From: Thermoanaerobaculia bacterium
Lineage (GTDB): Bacteria > Acidobacteriota > Thermoanaerobaculia > UBA5066 > Gp7-AA6
Length of the DNA stretch: 27,519 nucleotides
Assembly: GCA_036505435.1 (NCBI GenBank)
Contig: DASXTN010000312.1
Span: 1-27,519 of the forward strand
Direction: 5' to 3'
How positions within the stretch are numbered: position 1 is the stretch's first letter; the number at the start of each line of letters is the position of its first letter. The notes beneath the pieces were generated by a model. It was not told the origin of the DNA and made no database searches. It worked only from the letters and a program-made list of their open reading frames with translations. A program made the position numbers and the translations under genes. Shown one piece after another: positions 7,740 to 15,375 of this stretch.

Positions 7740-7819
7740 AGTATAGACCAAAGGCGAACCACCGTTTCGACTCGCGAAGTCTAGGGCGACGAAAGTCGAG
7801 GTCGACCCGACAGAAGTCG
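7740..7819 (-). promoter_or_regulatory. Putative promoter and operator dyads for the candidate sRNA
   Basis: TATACT (7745-7740); CGAC-N4-GTCG at 7787-7798 and 7808-7819; GACT-N5-AGTC at 7769-7781. Confidence 0.35.
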
Positions 7820-7866
7820 CCAAATCGGACGGCGGAAGCCCTCCGAGAAGCGCGGGCGCTTCGAAT

Positions 7867-8832
7867 TCAGCGTTCGAGCGTGATTTCGACCTTCTCGATC
7901 TCGCCCCGCGTGACGGTCACTTCGAGCCGCCGATCCCGGTAGCCCGGCCGGGACACGAAGAGGACGTGCCGGCCGGGCGCGACGGCGACGCCGGCGTCGG
8001 AGGCGAGCTCCGATGCCGTGCCGACAAAGCGGTCGTCCAGGTAGATCGTCGCGTCGGCTGGCCGGACGTTCAAGACGAGACGGGTGTCACCCTGCTCGGC
8101 GGCGCCCCGCCCGCGCCACTCTTCGCGCGGACGGCGCCCCTCGCGGTCTCGGTCCGCCTCCACCTCTTCGCGGTCAGGGCCGCGATCCTCCGCGTTCTCG
8201 TCGTACCGCTCCCGTGGCCGCTCGCGGTAGCGGTCGCCTCCGTAGATCTCGTCGTCGTCCGTCACCTCGACGGAGACGTCGCGGCGCTTCGCCCAGAACC
8301 GGCGAACCCCCCCGCGCGGCTCCGGGTTCTCGTAGCTGCCGTAGCGCGAAGCCCCCGGAATTTTCGGGAGCTTTTCGTCGAGGTCAATCTTTACTCCCGG
8401 CCGGGCGTCGACGGAGATCTCGCGCGATTGGTAACCCTCGAGCCGGAACTCCAGCCGGTAGCTTCCGCGGCGAAGATACAGATAATCGGGGTACCCGTCG
8501 AAGTCGTCCGCCGTGCCGATGTACTGCCCGTCCAGATAGACGCGGGCGCTCTCCGGTGAAATGTCGGTGTCGACGACCGCCCAACTTCCGGAGGGTGCGT
8601 AGCCGTAGCGGCCGTACCCGCGGTAGGACGGCCCGTAGCCGTACCAATACGGGTCATACCAGTAGGGACCGTAGCCCCAACCCCAGTACCAGGGTCGATA
8701 TCGGAATCCGAAGTACACGTGGGGACGGCGATGAGCGACGGTGACGGCGGCTCCGGCACGTACGCGTGGGCGCGCTGCGAGGGGCGCCGACGCCGCGATG
8801 GCGAGAGCGACGATCAAGATGAGCTTCTTCAT
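7867..8832 (-). CDS. Secreted protein with two PEGA domains and low-complexity regions
   Basis: Signal peptide MKKLILIVALAIAASAPLAA after SD GGAGGGAGG. PEGA-like VDTDISPESARVYLDGQYIG...LRRGSYRLEFRLEGY and LNVRPADATIYLDDRFVG...PGRHVLFVSRPGY. Start moved from 8874 to the ATG at 8832. Confidence 0.85.
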   Translation of the reverse strand: MKKLILIVALAIAASAPLAARPRVRAGAAVTVAHRRPHVYFGFRYRPWYWGWGYGPYWYDPYWYGYGPSYRGYGRYGYAPSGSWAVVDTDISPESARVYLDGQYIGTADDFDGYPDYLYLRRGSYRLEFRLEGYQSREISVDARPGVKIDLDEKLPKIPGASRYGSYENPEPRGGVRRFWAKRRDVSVEVTDDDEIYGGDRYRERPRERYDENAEDRGPDREEVEADRDREGRRPREEWRGRGAAEQGDTRLVLNVRPADATIYLDDRFVGTASELASDAGVAVAPGRHVLFVSRPGYRDRRLEVTVTRGEIEKVEITLER

Positions 8833-8858
8833 GGACACTGCCTCCCTCCATTGGACGA

Positions 8859-8873
8859 GCAAGTCCGACGCCA
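8859..8873 (-). promoter_or_regulatory. Sigma54 (-24/-12) promoter of the PEGA gene
   Basis: TGGCGTCGGACTTGC has exact GG-N10-GC spacing. The predicted +1 near 8847 falls just at the SD. Confidence 0.6.
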
Positions 8874-8979
8874 CGTTGACGGAGCCGGAAAACGCCGCGA
8901 AATTTCCTGTCTACAGTTGGTTGCGCAAGAGCGACTCTATTCCTCGGCCTCGCCGCTGACCTCCCCGAAGGCCACTGCG

Positions 8980-9963
8980 TCACCGGAAGGAATCGGGCCA
9001 GACCCCCGTCGTGCGGGGACGGACCGTCCCCGCGGGCGCGCCCGTCGCCGACCAACCGCGTGCCTTCAGGCCGTGCGCCAGCCCCTTCAGGTAGTCGTTC
9101 CGGAGAATCCGATCGAGTGCCTGACGGACTCCCGGGAGTGCCCAGCGTTCTCCGAGGGACGCCCACCAGGCCACGAGGCGATCCCGGGCCGGGGAACCGT
9201 TGGCGTAGGTGAGCGCCTGCGGCACGCCCAGGAACTCGCCCAACTCCGGGTGCTTCTCGAAAAAGATCGCGGCTGCCTCGCCGGACTTCTTCTGTCGCCG
9301 CCGGAACGACGCGAATGTGATGTCGTGGTAGTGGCGCGCGACAGCTCCGCGTCGGTAGACGATTCTCATCCCTTGCCTGGTCAAACGGTACGCGATCTCG
9401 ATGTCCTCCCACGCGGCGTGCGGGAAGGTCGTGTCGAACAGGCCGGCGCCCTCCAGGAGACGCCGCGACAGCGAGACGTTGGACGTGTAGAAGAAGTTGA
9501 ACGGCACTGAATCGGGGTTCTCGATCAACCCGTAGCCAAACTGGAGCCCGTATTCGTTGATGTGGTGGAGGAATGGCGAAACCCGCCGCTCGGAGGGCCA
9601 CGTGGTATAGCCGAGCACTGCGACGGGATGGTCGCGTCGCTCGCCGTGCGCGAGCGCGTGGACGGCGAGAAAGGCGGGCTCGGGCACGGTGTCGTCGCCG
9701 AGGAAGAGAACGATGTCACCCTGCGCCTCTCGGACCCCTCGATTTCGTGCGCGCGCGGGTCCGGAGTTCTCCTGAAAGAAACAGCGCAGCGGATAGGTCG
9801 CCGAGTACGCCCGCAGGCGGTCGGGCGTTGAGTCGCCCGACCCGTCGTCGACGACGACGACTTCGTAATCCGGCGGTTCCGTTTGTCGGCCGAGGGCGTC
9901 GAGCACCCGGAAAAGGGTGTCGGGACGACGATAGGTCGGGATGATGACCGAAAACGAGGTCAT
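8980..9963 (-). CDS. Glycosyltransferase family 2
   Basis: FSVIIPTYRR, VVVVDDGSGD, NSGPARARNRG, FLGDDTVP, WEDIEIAYRL. Confidence 0.92.
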   Translation of the reverse strand: MTSFSVIIPTYRRPDTLFRVLDALGRQTEPPDYEVVVVDDGSGDSTPDRLRAYSATYPLRCFFQENSGPARARNRGVREAQGDIVLFLGDDTVPEPAFLAVHALAHGERRDHPVAVLGYTTWPSERRVSPFLHHINEYGLQFGYGLIENPDSVPFNFFYTSNVSLSRRLLEGAGLFDTTFPHAAWEDIEIAYRLTRQGMRIVYRRGAVARHYHDITFASFRRRQKKSGEAAAIFFEKHPELGEFLGVPQALTYANGSPARDRLVAWWASLGERWALPGVRQALDRILRNDYLKGLAHGLKARGWSATGAPAGTVRPRTTGVWPDSFR

Positions 9964-11165
9964 GGGGTTCCCCCCCCGACGAAGATCTCCTCGAGTGTGG
10001 TTCGAACGAGCTCCGGCGCGCGCGCCAGAAACTCCCGGAAGAAGTCGGAGTCGAAACGCTCGTCGCCGGGATAAGTCGGCACGAGCCGCAGAGGAAACTT
10101 CGAAAAGATCTCCGCATCCGAGCGGCTGCGGCGCGATTGGACCTCACGGCGCTTCGCGGCGAGCGACTCCTGGTTCCGACGAATCCACAACAGCGCCTTC
10201 AAGTGCGCGACCGTCAGCGGGTCTTCCAACCGCACCGTCGCGCCGGTTCCGTTCGAGATGCCGAACAGCCGGCGCAGGAGTGACGGTGTCCGAGGAGGCT
10301 CGGCGTAGGGATCGCGCGCGAGCTCCGCCGCGCCGGGATTGCGCGTCGCGAGCATCTCCGAGATCCGCATCAGGAACGCGGCGAGCACCGAAGGCATGAA
10401 GGCCGCGAAGTGGTCCCGATCGAAGTTCTTGTACGCGGTGGCGAAAGCGTTCTTCTCGAACAGGTAACCGCGCGAGTAGATGCCGAGCGCCGCGCCGGTC
10501 GCGCCACCGCGATGCCGGGCGATCGCTCGCGGCTCCGCGACGATGCGCCGCCCGAAGATCCACTGACGCCAGCCAAAGTCGACGTCCTCGAGGTAGGCGA
10601 AGTAGTCATCGTCGAAGCCGCCGGACGAAATGAATTCGCCGCGCCGCACGACCATGAGTCCCCCGCAGGCGAAAAGGCGCTCCTGACCGGGAAACACGTC
10701 CGGCAGCGCAGCGAGCAGGCGCCCGACCTCGCTCTGGAAGGCGTGCCCGTCGAAAGTGAGAAACCCATCGAAGAAGTCGTTGCGCTCGCCGGTCGAATCC
10801 GTCAACCGGCCGGCGACCGCGACGACGTCCGGATCGGAGCGCTCGAGAGCCTCCGAGAGAAGGCCCGGTGCCTCGGGCTCCACCACCGCGTCGTCGTTGA
10901 CGAAGAGAAGGAAACGACCGCGCGCGGCCTCCGCGCCGAGACGGCAACCTGCGGCGAAGCCGACGTTTCGGGACGCAGTGATCCGGCGGATCGTCGGATG
11001 TCGTCGCAAGAGCTCGACGATCGAGAGACCCGACGCATTGTCCACCACGAGGATCTCTCCGATCAGCCGGCCGCGGCAGGCAGTCTCGAGAGCTGCGAGC
11101 GTCTCGAAGAGGCGCTCCGAGCCGCGGTGGTGGACGACGACGATCGAAACGTCCGGAGTCTTCAT
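9960..11165 (-). CDS. Glycosyltransferase family 2 (WbbL-like)
   Basis: VSIVVV, ILVVDNAS, NVGFAAGCRLG, FVNDDA, GGFDDDYFAYLEDVDFGWR. Start moved to the ATG at 11165 (MKTPDVS). Its stop overlaps the next ATG (ATGA). Confidence 0.9.
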   Translation of the reverse strand: MKTPDVSIVVVHHRGSERLFETLAALETACRGRLIGEILVVDNASGLSIVELLRRHPTIRRITASRNVGFAAGCRLGAEAARGRFLLFVNDDAVVEPEAPGLLSEALERSDPDVVAVAGRLTDSTGERNDFFDGFLTFDGHAFQSEVGRLLAALPDVFPGQERLFACGGLMVVRRGEFISSGGFDDDYFAYLEDVDFGWRQWIFGRRIVAEPRAIARHRGGATGAALGIYSRGYLFEKNAFATAYKNFDRDHFAAFMPSVLAAFLMRISEMLATRNPGAAELARDPYAEPPRTPSLLRRLFGISNGTGATVRLEDPLTVAHLKALLWIRRNQESLAAKRREVQSRRSRSDAEIFSKFPLRLVPTYPGDERFDSDFFREFLARAPELVRTTLEEIFVGGGTP

Positions 11166-11202
11166 CGCCGGCGGGCAGAGTAAACCACGATGCCTCGGAC
11201 CG

Positions 11203-12456
11203 TCAGCGAGAGGGAGCCCGCCGCGTGAGCCGCCGCCAGAGCCGAGTCTCACGAACGGCCGGGTAGAGAAGTCGGTTCTCGTCCACCTGGGCGCGGGCAC
11301 ACCAGGAGACGAGCGGTTTCGCCACCCCTTCCCAAGTCCGGCGGGATGCGAACGCGCGCGCAGCCCGCGCCGCCTCGGCGTGCCGCTCGGGAGCGAGGCC
11401 GGCCAGAATTGCCCCGGCCAGACTTCGCGGCGAACTCTCGACCCGCCAGCCCGCGCCGGCTTCTGCGAGCTCGCGCGCGAGCGCGCCGCCGGCAACTGAA
11501 ACGGACGGGACTCCTCCCCACGCGGCGTCGAGCAACCGCGTTCGGTAGGCGAGATCCGTTTCCAGTCCCTCCGACGAGATGGAGACGATCAGATCGGAGG
11601 CGGCATACAGGTCTTCGCGCGCGGCATAGGGAATCCACGGCGAGAAGTGGATCGAGCGGCCCTCCGGATCGAGCTCGCGCGCCTTGACGCGCGCTTCTCC
11701 GTACAGGCGCTGCGGCGTCGTTTCGGGGTTCGGACTTTCGAGGAACAGCAAATGAGCGTCCGGCTGCTCCCGAAGGACCAACGACCAAGCATCCAGGAGC
11801 AGCGCGGGATCGTTCCAGTCGTAGATTCCTCCGAACAGGATGACCGGCCCCATTTCGGAAACTCCGGTGGCTCGCCGACCGGCGATGCGATCGCCTCGCG
11901 CGGGCCGCGCGGGCACGCCGAACGGAACGATCGCCAGGATCTCCGCCAGCGTCGGATCTTCCGGGAAGTTCGCGGCGCCGATTCGGCCAGCGGAGAAGAG
12001 CGCTCCGGCATAGAAGAGACGCTGCTCGGGCGAGGCGCAGAGGAACAAATCGGAACGTGCGAGGGCGAGTCGGAGCGTCGCGAGGTCGTGACGGGCGGTC
12101 TCTCCCCCGAGCGTTTCCGCGTAATGGAGATTCTCGATCGGAAAGGGATCGTAGAGGTCCACTGCGACCGGAACGTCCGGCGCCTGATGAAACCAGAAGT
12201 TCGCCGCATGCCCAGAGACGACGGCGGCACTCGCGCCCGCCGCGGCGGCCGCGAGATCGCCCTCCGGGGCGGCGTGCACGACCGGAACGTCCCCCGCCAC
12301 CTCGGTCGCCTCGGCCGGATCGTTCGGAACGAGGAGCCGCGCGTCGAGCTCGGCGGCGATCGCACGCGCGAGCTCGAGGGCGCGGATTCCCATCCCCGCC
12401 ATCCGCGGCCGGATTGGCTCCGGAGCGAGCACCGCGACGAAAGGGCGCGAAGACAT
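11203..12456 (-). CDS. Glycosyltransferase, GT-B fold (family 4-like)
   Basis: N-terminal MAGMGIRALELA, VILFGGIYDWNDP, YAASDLIVS, ETDLAYRTRLLDAAWGGVP, RTWEGVAKPL. Confidence 0.82.
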   Translation of the reverse strand: MSSRPFVAVLAPEPIRPRMAGMGIRALELARAIAAELDARLLVPNDPAEATEVAGDVPVVHAAPEGDLAAAAAGASAAVVSGHAANFWFHQAPDVPVAVDLYDPFPIENLHYAETLGGETARHDLATLRLALARSDLFLCASPEQRLFYAGALFSAGRIGAANFPEDPTLAEILAIVPFGVPARPARGDRIAGRRATGVSEMGPVILFGGIYDWNDPALLLDAWSLVLREQPDAHLLFLESPNPETTPQRLYGEARVKARELDPEGRSIHFSPWIPYAAREDLYAASDLIVSISSEGLETDLAYRTRLLDAAWGGVPSVSVAGGALARELAEAGAGWRVESSPRSLAGAILAGLAPERHAEAARAARAFASRRTWEGVAKPLVSWCARAQVDENRLLYPAVRETRLWRRLTRRAPSR

Positions 12457-12461
12457 GGGAT

Positions 12462-14366
12462 CTAGCTGCGCCCGCGAATGCGGTCGAGGAGGAGATGCAG
12501 CTTCCAGGTCCGCGAGTCGTAGATCTGGTTCAGGATCGCGGTCAGCCGGTCGATTTCGCCGTAGGTTTCGGCGAGCTGCCGATCGTACTCCTCGTTCTTC
12601 GCGAAGAGCTCGGCGAGGCGATCGTGGACGAGCTCGTTCTCGGCGGAGAGACGCGCCCTCTCGGTCTGGAGCTGGACGTTGCGCAGCTCGGACTCGGCGA
12701 GCCGCGTCTCCAGAGTCAGAGTGGCCGCGACCTGCGCCTGCGCGCGCGCCAGAGACTCCGCAAGGTGCTGATGATTCTCGCGCTGGTAGCGGAGCTCCCC
12801 CTGCGAGATCGTGTCACGTTCGTACCAGAACGCGATCTGCGAACGCATCCGATCGAGCGTGCGCCCCAGCCCTTCCTCGGTGCGCCGAGACGCATATCGT
12901 TGGTAGATCTCACTGCGTGCGCGTTGGAAGGAGGCGGACCCCGCCGCCGCGTGCGAGGAGCCCGCGCTGCTCTCGAAGGCGCGGTACTCGCACGTGACGG
13001 CCCGGACGTGCCGGAACGACGTCTCGAAGGACGCCCGGATCAAGAAGTCCCAGTCTTCCGAATACTCGAGCGCCTCGTCGAAGCCGCCGAGCTTCCGATA
13101 GAGAGCGCGCGGGAGGAGCAACGTGTGGAGCGGGATGTAGTTGGCGAGCAGCAGATAGTCGGGGTCGAAATCGAGCGAGTACTGCAACGCCCGCGCTCCC
13201 GCCTTCCAGTCCTCCCCCTCGCGCTGGTAGACGACCGTCACGGCGTCGGAGTAGACGACCGGCTCTGGACCCGACTGGTGGGCCGCCACCAGCCGCTCGA
13301 AGTGGTCGGGAAAGCAGAGGTCGTCGTCGTCGAGAAACGCGACGAGCTCCTCCGTCGCGGATTCCACGCCGCGGTTCGCGGCCGCCGACCGTCCGTGCCG
13401 CTCGGGGAGCTCCTCGAGCGAAATCTCGAAGACATCGCGGAAGGGCTCCACGACGTTGCAGACCGAAGCGCCGCCGTCGTTCACGACGACCACGTGTCGG
13501 GGACGTGCCGTTTGCGCGCGAAGGCTCGCGAGAGCCTCCGCGAGAAACACCGGTCGGTTGCGGGTTCGGACGACGACAGCGACCGGTGCGGGTCCGCGGC
13601 TGCCGTCCCGAACGACCGCCGGACCGATCGCCCGCCGGAACTCTTCGAGCGAGCGGGTCGACGCCTCCGCCCACGAAAGGACGCAGAACGCCTCGACAGG
13701 ACCGGTCCCCGGTAGCGTCAACCGTCGGTAAGCGTTCAGACCCTGGAGAGCGCCCGCGTAGTCCCGCACCGACTGCTGCGATTGGTAAGCGCGGAGCGCT
13801 TGCTGTTTGCGCGAGGCAACCCGCGAGATGTCCACCAGCACGTTCGGTAGGAACGGCTGCGAGATCTCGTAAAAGCCGAGCCGTAGGAATCGGTAACGAT
13901 CGTGATCGGGATCGCCCGGTCGCGAAGCGGAGACCGTCCGGTAGAGAGCTTCGGAGAGCGCGCGGTGGTCGGGGTGGATCTCCGCCGGCGACGGGCACAG
14001 CACGAGATCGGGCTCGAAGTCGGAGAGTTGTTCCGCGAGAACCCGACCGAGCTCTTCTCCGTTCGACACGAGCGACCGGTCCGAGAGTCCTGCGAAGACC
14101 GGGGACTCCAGGCAGAGCGTTGCGGCGGCGCGGCGCGATTCGTCGCGGCGGCGCTGCCCGTAAGCTTCGGAGCCTTCCTCCTCCGCTCCCTCCTGCGCGG
14201 TGCCGTCGGTCGCGATCCAGACTCGAATCGTGCTCCCCCGCTCCGCGCACAGGGCGAGGAGACCTCCTGCCCCGAGCACCTCGTCGTCGGGATGGGCGGC
14301 GAGGACGAGAACCCGTTCGGCGGTCAGGTCGCTCGCCTCGTAAGGGATGAGCTCGTCTTCTTTCAC
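12462..14366 (-). CDS. PIG-L/LmbE-family deacetylase - GT2 - coiled-coil fusion protein
   Basis: VLVLAAHPDDEVLG and IHPDHR (PIG-L metal motifs). VVVVNDGG, GRSAAANRG, FLDDDD, GGFDEALEYSEDWDF (GT2). About 100 aa of heptad-rich C-terminus ending SRTWKL. GTG start. Confidence 0.9.
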   Translation of the reverse strand: MKEDELIPYEASDLTAERVLVLAAHPDDEVLGAGGLLALCAERGSTIRVWIATDGTAQEGAEEEGSEAYGQRRRDESRRAAATLCLESPVFAGLSDRSLVSNGEELGRVLAEQLSDFEPDLVLCPSPAEIHPDHRALSEALYRTVSASRPGDPDHDRYRFLRLGFYEISQPFLPNVLVDISRVASRKQQALRAYQSQQSVRDYAGALQGLNAYRRLTLPGTGPVEAFCVLSWAEASTRSLEEFRRAIGPAVVRDGSRGPAPVAVVVRTRNRPVFLAEALASLRAQTARPRHVVVVNDGGASVCNVVEPFRDVFEISLEELPERHGRSAAANRGVESATEELVAFLDDDDLCFPDHFERLVAAHQSGPEPVVYSDAVTVVYQREGEDWKAGARALQYSLDFDPDYLLLANYIPLHTLLLPRALYRKLGGFDEALEYSEDWDFLIRASFETSFRHVRAVTCEYRAFESSAGSSHAAAGSASFQRARSEIYQRYASRRTEEGLGRTLDRMRSQIAFWYERDTISQGELRYQRENHQHLAESLARAQAQVAATLTLETRLAESELRNVQLQTERARLSAENELVHDRLAELFAKNEEYDRQLAETYGEIDRLTAILNQIYDSRTWKLHLLLDRIRGRS

Positions 14367-14395
14367 GGGCCTGCCATTCTGTTTACGTTCGAGGA

Positions 14396-14424
14396 AGTTT
14401 AGTCGCTTGAAAGTAAAAGGTTAA
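14396..14424 (-). promoter_or_regulatory. Putative sigma70 promoter internal to the glycan locus
   Basis: TTAACC-N17-TAAACT in the only AT-rich gap of the locus, ~30 nt before the GTG at 14366. Confidence 0.4.
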
Positions 14425-14427
14425 TGG

Positions 14428-15375
14428 CTACACCAAGTCATACAGCGAAGGAACCAGGTGCGCTCTTTGCGCGAAACGGTTCGCGGCTTCGTCGTCGAAG
14501 GTACGCACGATGATCGGAAAGCCCGCCTCACGCCGCTCTCCGCGAAGCCGAAGGAAGAGGTCCGCCGCCGGGCCGCCGGGTGTCTCCCAGAAGATGAGCT
14601 TCGAGGCGCCGAGCCGTCGCGCTTCCCCCGCCGCAGCGCCGAGCAGGATCGGCAGATCGCCTCCGTCGGCCTCACCGCAGAGCAAATCGGCGACCAGGGC
14701 GGCATCGCCGGCCACCGATAGGACGACCCATCCCGTCGCGCGACTTCCGCTCTCTCTCCAGACCATGCGGTACCACCTCGTCGGCCGCGCATGAAAGCGC
14801 CAATTCGCGCGAGCGCGATCACGCACGGGCGCATGGGTCAGGAACGTCTCCGCCACGTCCCACAATGGATCGAAACTCTCTCCGACCGAGTCTCCGGCGA
14901 CCGCGTCGGAGGGCGGCGCGGGAAAGGCATCGCAAGGCACGAGGATCTCGCGAATCGAGAAGAGGGTCCGCGAGCCGACGATCTTCTCGCTCACTTCGAG
15001 AGCGCGAGGGTTGGGAAAGCCGAAGCAGAAGGGCACGCCCCGAGCGCCTACTGCCTCGTAGAACGCCTCGGTCATCGAGCGGTAGATCCCGTGTCTGCCC
15101 CCAAGGCGGCGGACGGAGGGATCGGTCGCGACGTCGCCGACCGAGTAGCAGAGCGTCGGCTGGCCGTCGAGGAGCATCCGCGTCCCCCACCCCGAGTAGT
15201 TGCCGACGATCTCACCGTCGACGAGTGCGACGATGCCGAACCATCCGTCCGGGTTGCGCTCGAACTTCCAGGCCCACTCTTCCTCCGGCATCTCCTTCGC
15301 GAAGACGCGGGCGAAGAGGCGCCGGATGCCGGCTGCGTCGGCGGCGGTCGCCTCCCGAACGTGAAAGGCGGTCAC
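14428..15375 (-). CDS. GNAT-family N-acyltransferase
   Basis: FHVREATAADAAGIRRLFARVF, WKFERNPDG, VGDVATDPSVRRLG (motif A), FGFPN. GTG start at 15375 overlaps the upstream TGA (GTGA). The ORF-track start at 16164 is spurious. Confidence 0.85.
   Translation of the reverse strand: MTAFHVREATAADAAGIRRLFARVFAKEMPEEEWAWKFERNPDGWFGIVALVDGEIVGNYSGWGTRMLLDGQPTLCYSVGDVATDPSVRRLGGRHGIYRSMTEAFYEAVGARGVPFCFGFPNPRALEVSEKIVGSRTLFSIREILVPCDAFPAPPSDAVAGDSVGESFDPLWDVAETFLTHAPVRDRARANWRFHARPTRWYRMVWRESGSRATGWVVLSVAGDAALVADLLCGEADGGDLPILLGAAAGEARRLGASKLIFWETPGGPAADLFLRLRGERREAGFPIIVRTFDDEAANRFAQRAHLVPSLYDLV

Noticed and set aside
7686-7784. 32-aa plus-strand ORF MTDAAGCSRL...
   Set aside because: No hydrophobic or other recognisable character, and it runs across the hairpin arm and the opposite-strand promoter. 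A toxin-type small ORF is not supported.
7552-7866. SRP RNA, tmRNA, RNase P RNA, tRNA, c-di-GMP/cobalamin/FMN/glycine riboswitch, attC site or group II intron end (CGACCCGAC at 7803-7811)
   Set aside because: Only fragments resemble these. The SRP helix-8 motif, tmRNA termini, GAGGAAAGUCC, cloverleaf, attC core sites and intron domain V are all absent, and no gene lies downstream for a riboswitch to control.
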